From NCBI GenBank assembly GCA_964291655.2, contig OZ219801.1, positions 576,001 through 640,000 on the forward strand: a stretch of DNA of 64,000 nt. Direction: 5' to 3'. Position numbers and translations under genes: made by a program. Shown one piece after another: positions 1 through 9,476 of this stretch (position 1 is its first letter; every line of letters starts with the position of its first letter). Source of the DNA: Chloroflexota bacterium. Lineage in GTDB: Bacteria > Chloroflexota > UBA11872 > VXOZ01. The notes beneath the pieces were generated by a model, which was not told the origin of the DNA, ran no database searches, and worked only from the letters and a program-made list of their open reading frames with translations.

Positions 1-104
1 CTCCCCTAGGAGACCTTTGCGAAACTCAAGCGGTAGTGAATTAGTTATCTCTCCCTCAACGGGAGAGGGCTAGGGTGAGGGTGAATCTCCTGAAATCTGT
101 CCAT

Positions 105-136
105 ATGCACACCGATTCTGATGCACACCGATTCTG
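105..136 (+). repeat. Perfect 16-bp tandem duplication (atgcacaccgattctg x2)
   Basis: Identical units at 105-120 and 121-136. Confidence 0.85.
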
Positions 137-212
137 CCCTGTTACGTCTTGACACTGCCCAAGATAAAGGGCCATCGTAGCAAGAAGACCCCCTCACCCC
201 AACCCTCTCCCC

Positions 213-500
213 TGTATAGACCGGGGACATGGGTAACAGTTGTTCGGGCTCATAGGTAACACCATAGAACGAGGGGGTTTTCGTAGTATGCGATGTCCTT
301 GCCTTGAAAGTTAGATCCACTCAATATCCTTATGCACACTGTTTGTTTCTCTGGCACAAGCTGACAGGCGGAAAGTGAGTGCACTGTGTCGCCAGTCTCT
401 TATCAAACCCGGACCAACCCAATGCTCTCGTAGGTGTCAATCAGTAAAATGTGTAACCCATGTCCCCGAACAACTGTTACCTATGTCCCCGGTCTGTACA
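213..500. mobile_element. 288-bp MITE with TGT...ACA ends (IS481-family-like), inserted in a REP-like palindrome
   Basis: Left end tgtatagaccggggacatgggtaacagttgttcggg; right end cccgaacaactgttacctatgtccccggtctgtaca. About 50-bp imperfect IRs with internal repeated ggacatrggtaaca motifs. 5-bp direct repeat tcccc at 208-212 and 501-505. Removing the insert restores ccctcaccccaaccctctcccccaggagaggg. Confidence 0.8.
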
Positions 501-790
501 TCCCCCAGGAGAGGGAGTGCCCCTGCTTGAAAGTGGGGTTATGCAAAGGTCTCCCCAGGGAGAGGGAGCAATACCCGCCTCTGGAGAAGAGGTGATACGC
601 GTTCCCGCGTAGGGAATGCCAAGCGTCCCCCTTCGCTCTTAGTGCGACAACACTGGGGCTTGTCCCGCGCTCTTTTGCCGACCCTGTGACGACGCTATCG
701 AATCGGCCGACTATGTTCGCTCTTGAAGTCTGCTCGTGAGGACTAATAGCACGACTCCCTCTGCAGCGAGTGAGCAGCCGCAAACCCGTG

Positions 791-1819
791 TCACTCAATC
801 ACTGCAACTGACTCTCGTCTTGGCCGCTCGCGCTTCCCATTGAGCATCGTGCCAATGGGCGTGTAGCGCACGCCAAGCTGATACGTGGCGAGCAAAACTG
901 CGGTCACAGTGACGCAGATCAGCACAAACTTAAGATGCGGGCTTATGGGCCAATCCAGTACGATGCGCTGGGCGAAGACGATGAGCGGCAGGTGCCACAA
1001 ATAGAGCCAGTAGGATGAGTCCGACACGTAGCGCACCCAGGGCCGTTCCCGCGAGGCAATCAAGCGAAAGAGGCCGATCAATCCAAAGCACAGCAGCCAC
1101 GCATACACAACCTGGAACACGGTCGAGACCGGCAATACCCACGCAACCTCCTCTTCAGGAAACAGCAGGACAAAGGCGACCGGGAATACCAATAAGAGCG
1201 CCGGCAGCAGTCCCAACGCCCACCAGCGGCGCATTATGAAGCGACGCCGGTAGAAGAACGCGCCAAAAAAGAAGAAGCAGGCGTAGTAGCCCACTACAAG
1301 CGGTTGTGGGACCAGTCCGCCTGGCGTATCGGGGCCGACAATCGGCTCATGCATGAAAAACTGCGGCGCCAGCGCAAGGGGCACCAACAACCACCAGAGC
1401 ACGGGGTGGGAAAACTGCACACCCAACCGCGCGAGCACAAGAAAGGCGGCGCCCAGCCAGAGGAGTATCCAGAGAAACCACAGGTGGTGAAAGCCGTACA
1501 GCCAGTAGAACGGCCAAAAGCCAAAACTAAACTCGCTCCCAATGAAGGCCCATGAGTTCACCGGAATCACAGTGATGCAGCACAAGGCAAGAGGGAGTGC
1601 GATGCGCTTCCCACGATGCAACGCGAGTTGGCGCAGCCCGCGCCGCTCCCAGAGCATGGCGGTAAAGAACCCGCTGAGCAGAAAGAAGACCGGCATGCGA
1701 AAGCCGTGAATCACGTTGAATCCAATCCAGTACACAAGTGCAGGTGGATCGGAATGCTGGATCGGCCAAGCATCGGGGATGAGAAAGAGAAACGCGTGCA
1801 AGACTATGCCCAAGAGCAT
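791..1819 (-). CDS. Acyltransferase family 3 membrane protein (OpgC/MdoC-like); 5' end probably frameshifted
   Basis: Multi-TM protein with HGFRMPVFFLLSGFF, HHLWFL and SDSSYWLYLWH motifs. The conserved RFHELDALRA motif lies in frame upstream of ATG 1819, with a stop at 1895-1897. Confidence 0.85.
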   Translation of the reverse strand: MLLGIVLHAFLFLIPDAWPIQHSDPPALVYWIGFNVIHGFRMPVFFLLSGFFTAMLWERRGLRQLALHRGKRIALPLALCCITVIPVNSWAFIGSEFSFGFWPFYWLYGFHHLWFLWILLWLGAAFLVLARLGVQFSHPVLWWLLVPLALAPQFFMHEPIVGPDTPGGLVPQPLVVGYYACFFFFGAFFYRRRFIMRRWWALGLLPALLLVFPVAFVLLFPEEEVAWVLPVSTVFQVVYAWLLCFGLIGLFRLIASRERPWVRYVSDSSYWLYLWHLPLIVFAQRIVLDWPISPHLKFVLICVTVTAVLLATYQLGVRYTPIGTMLNGKRERPRRESVAVIE

Positions 1820-2052
1820 GGCCCCGGCGCGCAGGGCGTCAAGTTCGTGGAAGCGCGGACTCGAGGGTTTGGAGCAGGAGGAGTACTCTTGCTTTCAGGC
1901 GCGCCCGCCACAACCCCCGCTTGCTGTGTGGCGTCGCTGCCTTCAGCAGACGTCAGTTGCGGCATGGCACAACAACTGTCGCGAGAACAAGCCATTCAAC
2001 GTGGAGGATACGATGACGTTGGACCAAGAACGAGGCTCTCGGCATGTGTCCT

Positions 2053-2919
2053 CTATTCTCGCTCACTCTCGTCTAACCCCAATAGCCGCGCTCCGTTATC
2101 CCAGAGTAATGCACGGCGTTCCTTTCCACTCAGTTGCGCCTCTTCCATGTGCTTGAGGGCTCGTCGCTGCGGCATGAGCGGGTAGTCACTCCCAAATAGC
2201 ACCCGTGAACCCACCAGTTGCGATCCAATCCGATATGTCTGCGGGGAATAGAGGTAGGGCGTGGCTGCGGTGTCATAGTACGTGTTGACCGCTAGCGATC
2301 CAACCTCCGGCATTAGTTCGTAGAATGCCAAGCCCCCTCCCCAGTGGGCGAGGACTATAGATATCTCTTGCGCCGCTGTCAAGAATTGGGCCAGCTTCTC
2401 CGGCGTGGCTTCACCTTTACCGGGATAGCTATGCCCCACCGGCTCACTGGCATGCAAGAGCAGAACCATGCCGTGGTCTTGGCACGCCTCGATGACGGGT
2501 TGCATCGTACGCTCATCGGTTATGTCAAATCCCTGTCCGTCGGCGTTGAGCTCGCCGACCCCGCGAAAGCCCAGCGCCGCGCAACGCGCAATTTCCTGGG
2601 CAGCGCTCGGATCGCCCGGCACGACCGCACAGAAAGGCACAATCTGGCGATACGGCCTGAGAGCTTCTAGAATAGAGTCGTTCGTTTCGCGGCAGAGTCC
2701 TGGGTCGCGCCAGCCGAAATTGAGTGCCACTGCCGCGGCAATGCTGTCCCGGTCCATTGCCTGCGCGAGGTCGTCGGCGGTTGCCAGCCGGCTCTGCGGG
2801 GCCGCATAGAGCGACTGAAACCAGGGCTCGTCGGCAAAATATTGCTCGCGCGCCTTTACAATTTCTGCGGGAAAGACATGAGTGTGAAAGTCAAGGACGC
2901 GCTCGCCGTCTATTTGCAC
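2053..2919 (-). CDS. Amidohydrolase family protein (Amidohydro_2)
   Basis: DFHTH metal motif, GFRGVGEL, LLHA, LAHWGG, YYDTA and VLFGSDYP. Confidence 0.9.
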   Translation of the reverse strand: MQIDGERVLDFHTHVFPAEIVKAREQYFADEPWFQSLYAAPQSRLATADDLAQAMDRDSIAAAVALNFGWRDPGLCRETNDSILEALRPYRQIVPFCAVVPGDPSAAQEIARCAALGFRGVGELNADGQGFDITDERTMQPVIEACQDHGMVLLLHASEPVGHSYPGKGEATPEKLAQFLTAAQEISIVLAHWGGGLAFYELMPEVGSLAVNTYYDTAATPYLYSPQTYRIGSQLVGSRVLFGSDYPLMPQRRALKHMEEAQLSGKERRALLWDNGARLLGLDESERE

Positions 2920-4083
2920 ATTCCCTTCTGCCGCGTACGGTGTCCGTACTGCGATTTTAACACGTACTCCGGCATGCAGTCGCTCATACCGGCATACGTG
3001 GAGGCACTATGCCGCGTCATTGCGCGCGAAGGTGCGGCCAGCGGATTCCAGGCTGCGCGCACCGTCTACTTCGGTGGCGGCACGCCCTCGCTGCTAGAAC
3101 CCCAACACGTTGCCCAGATTCTCAAAGCAGTAGATGCCGTCTTGCCACTAACCGCCGATTGCGAGATTACGCTTGAAGCCAATCCGGTAACGGCGGATGT
3201 CGAGCGCTTTGCCGGATTTCGCGCTGCCGGGGTCAATCGCCTTTCGTTCGGCGTCCAGAGTTTGAACGACCGTCTGCTGAAGGTGCTCGGTCGCGACCAT
3301 AGTGCCGAGCAAGCGAAACGCGGCCTACTCATTGCACGACAAGCCGGTTTTGAGAACGTCAGCCTCGATCTGATGTACGCCGTGCCGAATCAATCGCTCG
3401 CCGACTGGCAACACGACGTTGAACAAGCCCTTGCGCTTGCGCCGGAGCACCTGTCGCTCTACTGCCTCACCGTGGAACCCGCCACACCCTATGCACGCTG
3501 GGTAGCCAACGGCCGGATTAAACTCCCTGCCGATGACATTGCCGCTGACATGTACGCCTCTGCACGCGAGCGCTTGGCGGGCGCCGGCTACGAACACTAC
3601 GAAATCTCCAACTGGGCCTTGCCGGATAGGGAAGGCGAGCACAACTCAATCTATTGGCGCTATGAGCCGTATTTGGGCCTCGGGGCCGGTGCGCACGGCT
3701 ACCTGCACGACATGCGCACCGAAGAGATTCGTGCGCCCCGTACGTACATCGAACGTGCGTTCAGTGGAGAATCGACTGTGCTGCATCAAGAAGATATCTC
3801 GCAAGCCACCGCTATGGAAGAGACCGTCTTCCTCAACCTGCGTCTGTTGCAGCGGGGCATCTTGCGTCAAGAGTTCGCAGTTCGCTTTGAAGCAGATCCC
3901 ATCACTCTGCTCGGAGGAGTGGTGGAGGAACTGATCCACGCTGATCTGATGTCCGTCGACGAGAAAAGCATCCGCCTCACACCAAACGGATATTTTCTGG
4001 CGAACGAAGTCTGTGTGCGGCTCATTGCCGCATTAGAATCTGGTGCACAACGGCTGCGTCTGATGCAACTCGCGAGACGTTAG
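2878..4083 (+). CDS. hemW: Radical SAM heme chaperone HemW (HemN-like)
   Basis: YLHIPFCxxxCxYCDF, YFGGGTPS, EITLEANP, YEHYEISNW and HNxxYW (HemW signature). Start taken at ATG 2878 after gggaaag. Confidence 0.92.
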   Translation: MSVKVKDALAVYLHIPFCRVRCPYCDFNTYSGMQSLIPAYVEALCRVIAREGAASGFQAARTVYFGGGTPSLLEPQHVAQILKAVDAVLPLTADCEITLEANPVTADVERFAGFRAAGVNRLSFGVQSLNDRLLKVLGRDHSAEQAKRGLLIARQAGFENVSLDLMYAVPNQSLADWQHDVEQALALAPEHLSLYCLTVEPATPYARWVANGRIKLPADDIAADMYASARERLAGAGYEHYEISNWALPDREGEHNSIYWRYEPYLGLGAGAHGYLHDMRTEEIRAPRTYIERAFSGESTVLHQEDISQATAMEETVFLNLRLLQRGILRQEFAVRFEADPITLLGGVVEELIHADLMSVDEKSIRLTPNGYFLANEVCVRLIAALESGAQRLRLMQLARR

Positions 4084-4174
4084 AGCCAGTGCTGCACGCT
4101 CTGCCCACTGGGTTGATTCTAGATTTGCTTTTGAAGTGTGCACTGGGAGTCCCAACTCGCCAGGAGATCTTTGG

Positions 4175-5434
4175 TCAGGAGACAGTAGCCTGCCTGGGAT
4201 CGCGAGGGGAAGACGCGCTCCCTGCGGGCGGATTCCCGGCGACCTTCTTCTTTTCAAAGTGCTGGACCACCAGCAGTCCAATTGTCGCAACGATCACTAT
4301 GACGATCGCACCGTGAACGAATCGGATCGCGCCCGGAGGAAACGTGTCCCACAGTGCCCCGACGGCTATCGTGAAGCCCATGACACCAAGGATGACGTAC
4401 GCGACGAGCATACTGGTCTGCGATCCCTTAGATCGAGCTTGAGCTATGAAGAACGCTATGATGGCGTACACGATTGCGCAAGAGACTGCGGTCAAACCGG
4501 CCCGCAAGAAGTGCTCCCACATCTCTATACCAGGCACGTCCCTGGCCCCCCACCAGAGCGCATCCAGAATCTCAACCGCAACTATTGCTATGAGGACGTA
4601 AACGACGCGGCGCGCCGCGTGGCAGATCCGGGCCAATCCGATAACGACAAGGGACAAATAGCCGCCGTACGTCCCACAGATTCCAACGCCGACCAACGAA
4701 AACATTGCCCGCCGCAGCTCGTTGGGGCCGCCCGCGAAGTCGGTCCATACCTGCCAAATCATGATGGACAACCCCACACATAAGAAGGCCGCCCATAGCA
4801 CCGGCAGGAATGACAGAGCCTGCCACAGTGCGCCTGCCCGGTCACGGTAGCTGAGGGCGAGATAGGCATTGGCAACCACACTGAGCATGATGCCTATTAT
4901 GATCAACATGGTGAAAAACAGGTCTTCGAGGTTCAAGAACGAGAGATCGAACCGGAGCGAAATCAGTCCGAGGACGGCCCATGCGAGGATGCCCGCGGCG
5001 GCAATCCAAATGAAGAGCGGTGTCACAATCCCCATGAACCCACCGGACGAATCAACTCTCAAAAAGCGCGAATATCTGCTCCAGTCCTTGTCTGAAGACG
5101 CCGCAGCGCCCTGCGTGCTCGGTTGGGTATCGTCCTTCTTTGCCGCCTCCGAAAATGCTTCGCTTGGGGGCGGCTTGGCGGCCTCTCTTGGAATCTCTGG
5201 GGCACTGGCACTACGCTGCTGGCCAGCTGTCGCACTTTCAAGATCCTTGTGCGGCGGCCGACCAATCTCTTTGGCCGTCACCTGGGCATCTTCGCCACGC
5301 GGTTGCCGCGTAGGTTCGGCTTCCGCCGCCCGAGCCTCACGCTGTTGCGTTGGCGAGCCGCATTGCGCACAGAATTTGGCGCCTGCATTCAACTCGCTGC
5401 CACAGTTTGTGCAGTATTTGTCAATGCGTTTCAT
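4175..5434 (-). CDS. Zinc-ribbon domain multi-pass membrane protein
   Basis: N-terminal CTNCG...FCAQCG zinc ribbon, a low-complexity linker, then about 8 hydrophobic helices. Start MKRIDKY preferred. Confidence 0.75.
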   Translation of the reverse strand: MKRIDKYCTNCGSELNAGAKFCAQCGSPTQQREARAAEAEPTRQPRGEDAQVTAKEIGRPPHKDLESATAGQQRSASAPEIPREAAKPPPSEAFSEAAKKDDTQPSTQGAAASSDKDWSRYSRFLRVDSSGGFMGIVTPLFIWIAAAGILAWAVLGLISLRFDLSFLNLEDLFFTMLIIIGIMLSVVANAYLALSYRDRAGALWQALSFLPVLWAAFLCVGLSIMIWQVWTDFAGGPNELRRAMFSLVGVGICGTYGGYLSLVVIGLARICHAARRVVYVLIAIVAVEILDALWWGARDVPGIEMWEHFLRAGLTAVSCAIVYAIIAFFIAQARSKGSQTSMLVAYVILGVMGFTIAVGALWDTFPPGAIRFVHGAIVIVIVATIGLLVVQHFEKKKVAGNPPAGSASSPRDPRQATVS

Positions 5435-5685
5435 GCGGCTACCATCTTCCCTTCTATCTGGCTCAGAACCTTGTTGCCACTTGCAATTAATGGCTTGCAA
5501 TGCTGACATCCAGTAGTATAAGACACACCGTGTGTTTTAGTAAATTTTGGCTTTGTGCAAACCTCTCTGCGGAGCGTCGCCAACCTTAGAAGTAACCTTC
5601 GTGCCCGAGAAACTGTGCACATTGAAGTGACCTTCAGTATTGACATTGCTGGAACTAAATGCCGCTGACTTTGGAGGCAGTTGCC

Positions 5686-6531
5686 ATGCTTCGCTATGTG
5701 TTGGGGTTCATGCTTGCGGTCGTCATCGTCACCGCAGGTGTCGTCGCGGTCGTCGTCTTGTACGACCTGGAAACACCCGCATCACGGCCCGAGGACGTTC
5801 AGGAATCTGCGAGCCGCGGCGCCGACTCTGCACCATCGACTCCCCGACCGGCGCCCAAGTCCGCACCCGTGATACCAACCCCAGCGCCGACAGTCGTGCC
5901 GCTGCCAACGCTGCCGCCTGTGCCTAAAGCCACGCCCTATCCTGCCGGCGACCCGGAGCTCTACGGTGCAATCTGGCGGGGTTCCAGAGATGCGGCAACA
6001 TTGCAGGCTCTCGTCGACGAAGGCAGAGAGGTGAACGCTAGCAACGACCAAGGCGATCCATTCCTATATACGGCGATTTGGCGGGCCTCCCCGGAGAAAT
6101 TGAAGATTCTCGTGGACGCCGGTGCAGATGTCAATGCGCGCAATAGCAATAATGATCCGATGCTTTACACCGCGATTTGGCGAGACAAGATCGAAGCGCT
6201 GCGCATTCTGGTGGAAGCCGGCGCGGATGTGAACGCGCGAGACAATGACAACAATCCGCTTCTCTACACCGCGATTGGGTATGAAAAGAACGAGGCGTTG
6301 CAGATTCTCATAGGCGCAGGTGCAGACATAAACGCGCGCGACCACAACAACGATCCGATGCTGTACGCTGCGATTCGATGGGACAATATCGAAGCTCTAC
6401 GGATACTCGTCGTTGCCGGGGCGGACGTGAATGCCAGATTAGCCGATGGCCGTTCTCTCCTGGCGGCGGCGAGTCTTCAAGGCACGCCTGAATCCGTACA
6501 GATCCTGATTGGCGCGGGCGCAGATGAATAA
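5686..6531 (+). CDS. Membrane-anchored ankyrin repeat protein
   Basis: GGAGG RBS, N-terminal TM helix, Pro/Thr linker, and about six 33-aa repeats (LYTAI...L.ILV.AGADVNAR). Confidence 0.9.
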   Translation: MLRYVLGFMLAVVIVTAGVVAVVVLYDLETPASRPEDVQESASRGADSAPSTPRPAPKSAPVIPTPAPTVVPLPTLPPVPKATPYPAGDPELYGAIWRGSRDAATLQALVDEGREVNASNDQGDPFLYTAIWRASPEKLKILVDAGADVNARNSNNDPMLYTAIWRDKIEALRILVEAGADVNARDNDNNPLLYTAIGYEKNEALQILIGAGADINARDHNNDPMLYAAIRWDNIEALRILVVAGADVNARLADGRSLLAAASLQGTPESVQILIGAGADE

Positions 6532-7108
6532 CTGGAGGTTTCCCAATGAGCGAGCCCTGGAGACGATTTCGATCAAACTGAAGACGGGCTACGTCAAGAC
6601 CCTAGTTTGCTCGGTGGCGATCCTTGGCCACATGGCTAGCCGGTCCGACGGGTGTGCACCTCCCAGTAGAATCTTACCGACGGTTCCTTGCGACAGTCTC
6701 TCAAAACCCAAAGCTAGCGGAGGTCTCTCGCGGTAGAGCGCCTAATCCATCACATGGTTCACCCGTCGCCCTTGCCACCGACTTGCCCAGTTCGGCCGGA
6801 AAGAGGCTAATATGGGGCATCATGCCATTTGTGCGACCAAGTGACAACCTACTTAAGTCCGCTGGGATCTCGGTCGGCACTCTGTCCGCCTCAGTGAGTT
6901 TGTTACGGTACTGCCAGCTTGATACTATTGCCTGCAAGACTTCTACTCATACACTTTCCACTCTTCGATCTAGACAGCGAGGATTTCTTGAGAGTGCAGG
7001 ATAAGAGTACATAGAGACTAAGGAGGAGATTGGCGAAAGCAAAACTGTAAAGCATAAAGAAGAGCGTAGTCTATTTGCATTGCAACGACAAACTAAAGGA
7101 GGAAACCA

Positions 7109-7495
7109 ATGGCCGTATTCTTGCACACTCGCGTACGTGTGAGCGACTTGGACAACTCGATCAATTTCTATTGCGAACACCTCGGTTTCAAAGTCATAAG
7201 CCGGAGCGAGCGCTCTCCCGACGGCAACCAAATTGCCCATCTTGAGCTGCCCGGTAACCTGCATACTCTGGAGCTTACATACTCTGACGACTACGACCTC
7301 AACGTGCCCGAGGACCTCATGCACTTCGCCATCGGCGTGCCCGACCTGATTGCATTCTGCGCCGAGCTAGAAGGTAAAGGCATTGAGATTTGGCCCGACG
7401 GCTGGCGCGAAACGTTCGCCGAGGGGAGAAAGATGGGGTTCATCGACGATCCCGACGGGTACGAAATAGAGTTGCTCGAACGAAACGACGCGTGA
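7109..7495 (+). CDS. VOC/glyoxalase family protein (lactoylglutathione lyase-like)
   Basis: HTRVRVSDLDNSINFY, LELTY, HFAIGV and DPDGYEIEL; AGGAGG RBS. Confidence 0.9.
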   Translation: MAVFLHTRVRVSDLDNSINFYCEHLGFKVISRSERSPDGNQIAHLELPGNLHTLELTYSDDYDLNVPEDLMHFAIGVPDLIAFCAELEGKGIEIWPDGWRETFAEGRKMGFIDDPDGYEIELLERNDA

Positions 7496-7770
7496 ACCGG
7501 CTGATTCTCCCTCGCTTAGCCAGCAAGACTTGGTTGCCAAATGCTGCAATTATGTAGAGGTGCGGTGCTCCCAAGAATGCTCTTGGCGCACCTCGAGCGC
7601 GTGGTGAACTGCGTTGTATCGCGAGGTGCGCGTTCTCTTCGTATTGCAAAAACGCAGGTATGGCCGTCATGCCACCCGGTCACTGGGCTGAGGCCTTCCG
7701 CCCGTGCCGGTTGCGACTCGCGCACCTGACACACGCACGACACCAAACTGTCTTGAACTCGCACGAGGCT

Positions 7771-8292
7771 CTAGAGCAACATCTCCGGCGCGGCCTCGGC
7801 ATACCAATTCTGATCGGCAAAGTGGCGGGTCTCCTCCAAACCGGTTGCTGTCGCCAAAATGGCCTCCATCGTATGTCCCGTGACGGGATGTTCCAAGAGA
7901 GGTGCGATCTCCGTCAATGGACACAGGGTGAAGCCGCGCTCAGACAGCCGCGGGTGTGGAATCGTGAGGGCTGCGGAATCAATCTTCAGTTCGCCATAGA
8001 GCAGAATGTCTACATCCAACGTGCGCGGCGCATTAGGGAAGGACCGCACGCGCCCGAGTGCTACTTCTGTCTCCAATGCCAGCTTGAGCAGCGCTTCAGC
8101 GCTCAGTTCCGTATACCCTTCAAGCACAGCGTTGAGAAACCACGGTTGCTCGGCGTGGCCGACCGGTTCGGTTTCGTAGACTGAGGAAACCCGCGTAAGC
8201 ATGACTCTCGCGTGTAACCGCTGCGCGGCGCCGCGCAAGTTCGCGAGTCTGTCGCCGCGATTGCTCCCAAGACCTAAGTAAACAACCGGCAT
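7771..8292 (-). CDS. folK: 2-amino-4-hydroxy-6-hydroxymethyldihydropteridine diphosphokinase
   Basis: YLGLGSNRGD, SSVYETEP, FLNAV, PRTLDVDIL and IPHPRL. Confidence 0.96.
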   Translation of the reverse strand: MPVVYLGLGSNRGDRLANLRGAAQRLHARVMLTRVSSVYETEPVGHAEQPWFLNAVLEGYTELSAEALLKLALETEVALGRVRSFPNAPRTLDVDILLYGELKIDSAALTIPHPRLSERGFTLCPLTEIAPLLEHPVTGHTMEAILATATGLEETRHFADQNWYAEAAPEMLL

Positions 8293-8508
8293 AGCCTATT
8301 CCCCAGTTCCTTGCGGTCATCGACGCTAGCACTGCCGCCACCAATGGGCAATTGACCACATCACATGGGCGGCGATGGCGAAGGCAGATGTCTTGCGCCT
8401 TCAACAAGACTCTAAGTCAAATGCCGCAGGACGTGCCCGGAGCTTTCCGGTTCATCCGCCGGTTGCGATTACTCACCCATGCAGCTAACGCGTGAGACCA
8501 AATGGCGG

Positions 8509-9102
8509 TCACGTTCCCCGCAACCCAAATCGCCTGCAGACCGTGTATTCCGCTCCTTGCGGCTTCAACTCGCTTTTCATTAGCAAGACTTCTGCTACCT
8601 GAAAAGGAATTACTGGCATTTCGCGCTGCGTCGCCGCCCAATTCTCAAGCGATTCCTGCTCCCACTGAGCGACACTGTCACGCACACGCGCAAGCGTAAT
8701 GTGGGGAGAGAACGACCGTACTTCTCGTGCGAATCCTTCACATTCCAGCAGGCGCTCCGTTCTATCATGCAGCCGTTGCAACCGCCCGTCGGTATCTGCC
8801 ACCGTTGCCCAGACCATCTGCGGCCTTCTGCCTCTGCGCACGACTCTTACGCCCGTGATTGCTAGATCCAACGGCGGCATGTTCGCAACGACCCGTTCCA
8901 TTGTGGCCTCAATTGTGCTTCTTTGTGCCGCAGGTGTTTCACCAAAGAACTTGAGCGTGATGTGTATATTCTCTATCGGCACCCAGCGCACTCTTTCAGC
9001 ATGCTTGGCTACGAGTCGCGTTATTTCTGCCATGCAATTCCGGGCGCTATCAGACAGGGCAATGGCAAGGAACAGTCTCTCTGTATCCACTAGTCCACGC
9101 AA
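8509..9102 (-). CDS. thpR: RNA 2',3'-cyclic phosphodiesterase (2H family)
   Basis: RLFLAI, two HxT motifs (HITLKF, PHITLAR) and LMKSEL...Y. Start uncertain. Confidence 0.93.
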   Translation of the reverse strand: MRGLVDTERLFLAIALSDSARNCMAEITRLVAKHAERVRWVPIENIHITLKFFGETPAAQRSTIEATMERVVANMPPLDLAITGVRVVRRGRRPQMVWATVADTDGRLQRLHDRTERLLECEGFAREVRSFSPHITLARVRDSVAQWEQESLENWAATQREMPVIPFQVAEVLLMKSELKPQGAEYTVCRRFGLRGT

Positions 9103-9252
9103 CTCTTAATTCTGATTTCGGCAGGCTACCCACACGGCTGCCGTCATTAACTCGCGTCCTGATCGCAGTCTTCGAGGTATCTGCTTGTCCTCTGAAGAGC
9201 ACGAGAAATGAAGTTGATACCTAGCCGCACGTCCAATGCCCAAGGCATTCCC

Positions 9253-9282
9253 TTGTCACGTGCCGCACGACAAAAGTATAAT
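9253..9282 (+). promoter_or_regulatory. Sigma70-type promoter
   Basis: TTGTCA (9253-9258) - 18 bp - TATAAT (9277-9282). Confidence 0.65.
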
Positions 9283-9286
9283 CGCT

Positions 9287-9427
9287 GTGAAAAAGGGTTG
9301 CCCAATGCGGGCAAGACTTGTCCGTGGTGCTGTCTCGTTTCTTGGGCAGTCTAGTTGGTTTGCGTCCCTCATGTTAAACGATGGACGCGGATCTTACCCT
9401 ACCACTGTTGGGCAACGACCCTTTCAC
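9287..9427 (+). ncRNA. Candidate structured RNA or 5' leader upstream of galU
   Basis: gtgaaaaagggttgcccaa pairs with ttgggcaacgaccctttcac. Inner pairings gggcaaga/tcttaccc, tgtccgt/atggacg and cgttt/aaacg. Begins at the expected TSS of the promoter above. Family not identified. Confidence 0.4.
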
Positions 9428-9476
9428 TGCTTCTGTGAGAACTGCATAGAGTTGCTCTGTACGCTAGGTCAACCGC

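Larger units (their letters stand above)
9..554. mobile_element. Non-autonomous miniature element bounded by GGAGACCTTTGC inverted repeats (IS5/IS1106-like ends), containing REP-like hairpins and a second nested MITE
   Basis: ggagacctttgcgaaac (9-25) vs gttatgcaaaggtctcc (538-554) are reverse complements at 15/17. No transposase inside. Flanks ctcccc / ccagggagaggg look like an interrupted REP hairpin. Family assignment is from recollection of IS1106-type ends. Confidence 0.5.

Noticed and set aside
45-320. 91-aa ORF, and similar ORFs at 20552-21034, 53044-53403 and 61689-61940
   Set aside because: They are translations of REP/MITE sequence (GERVGVRG, PSPLP, DSGLRRND).
6532-7100. Possible gene or pseudogene between the ankyrin and VOC genes
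   Set aside because: Short ORFs in several frames without recognisable motifs; the ATG with a good RBS (6546) gives only 11 codons.
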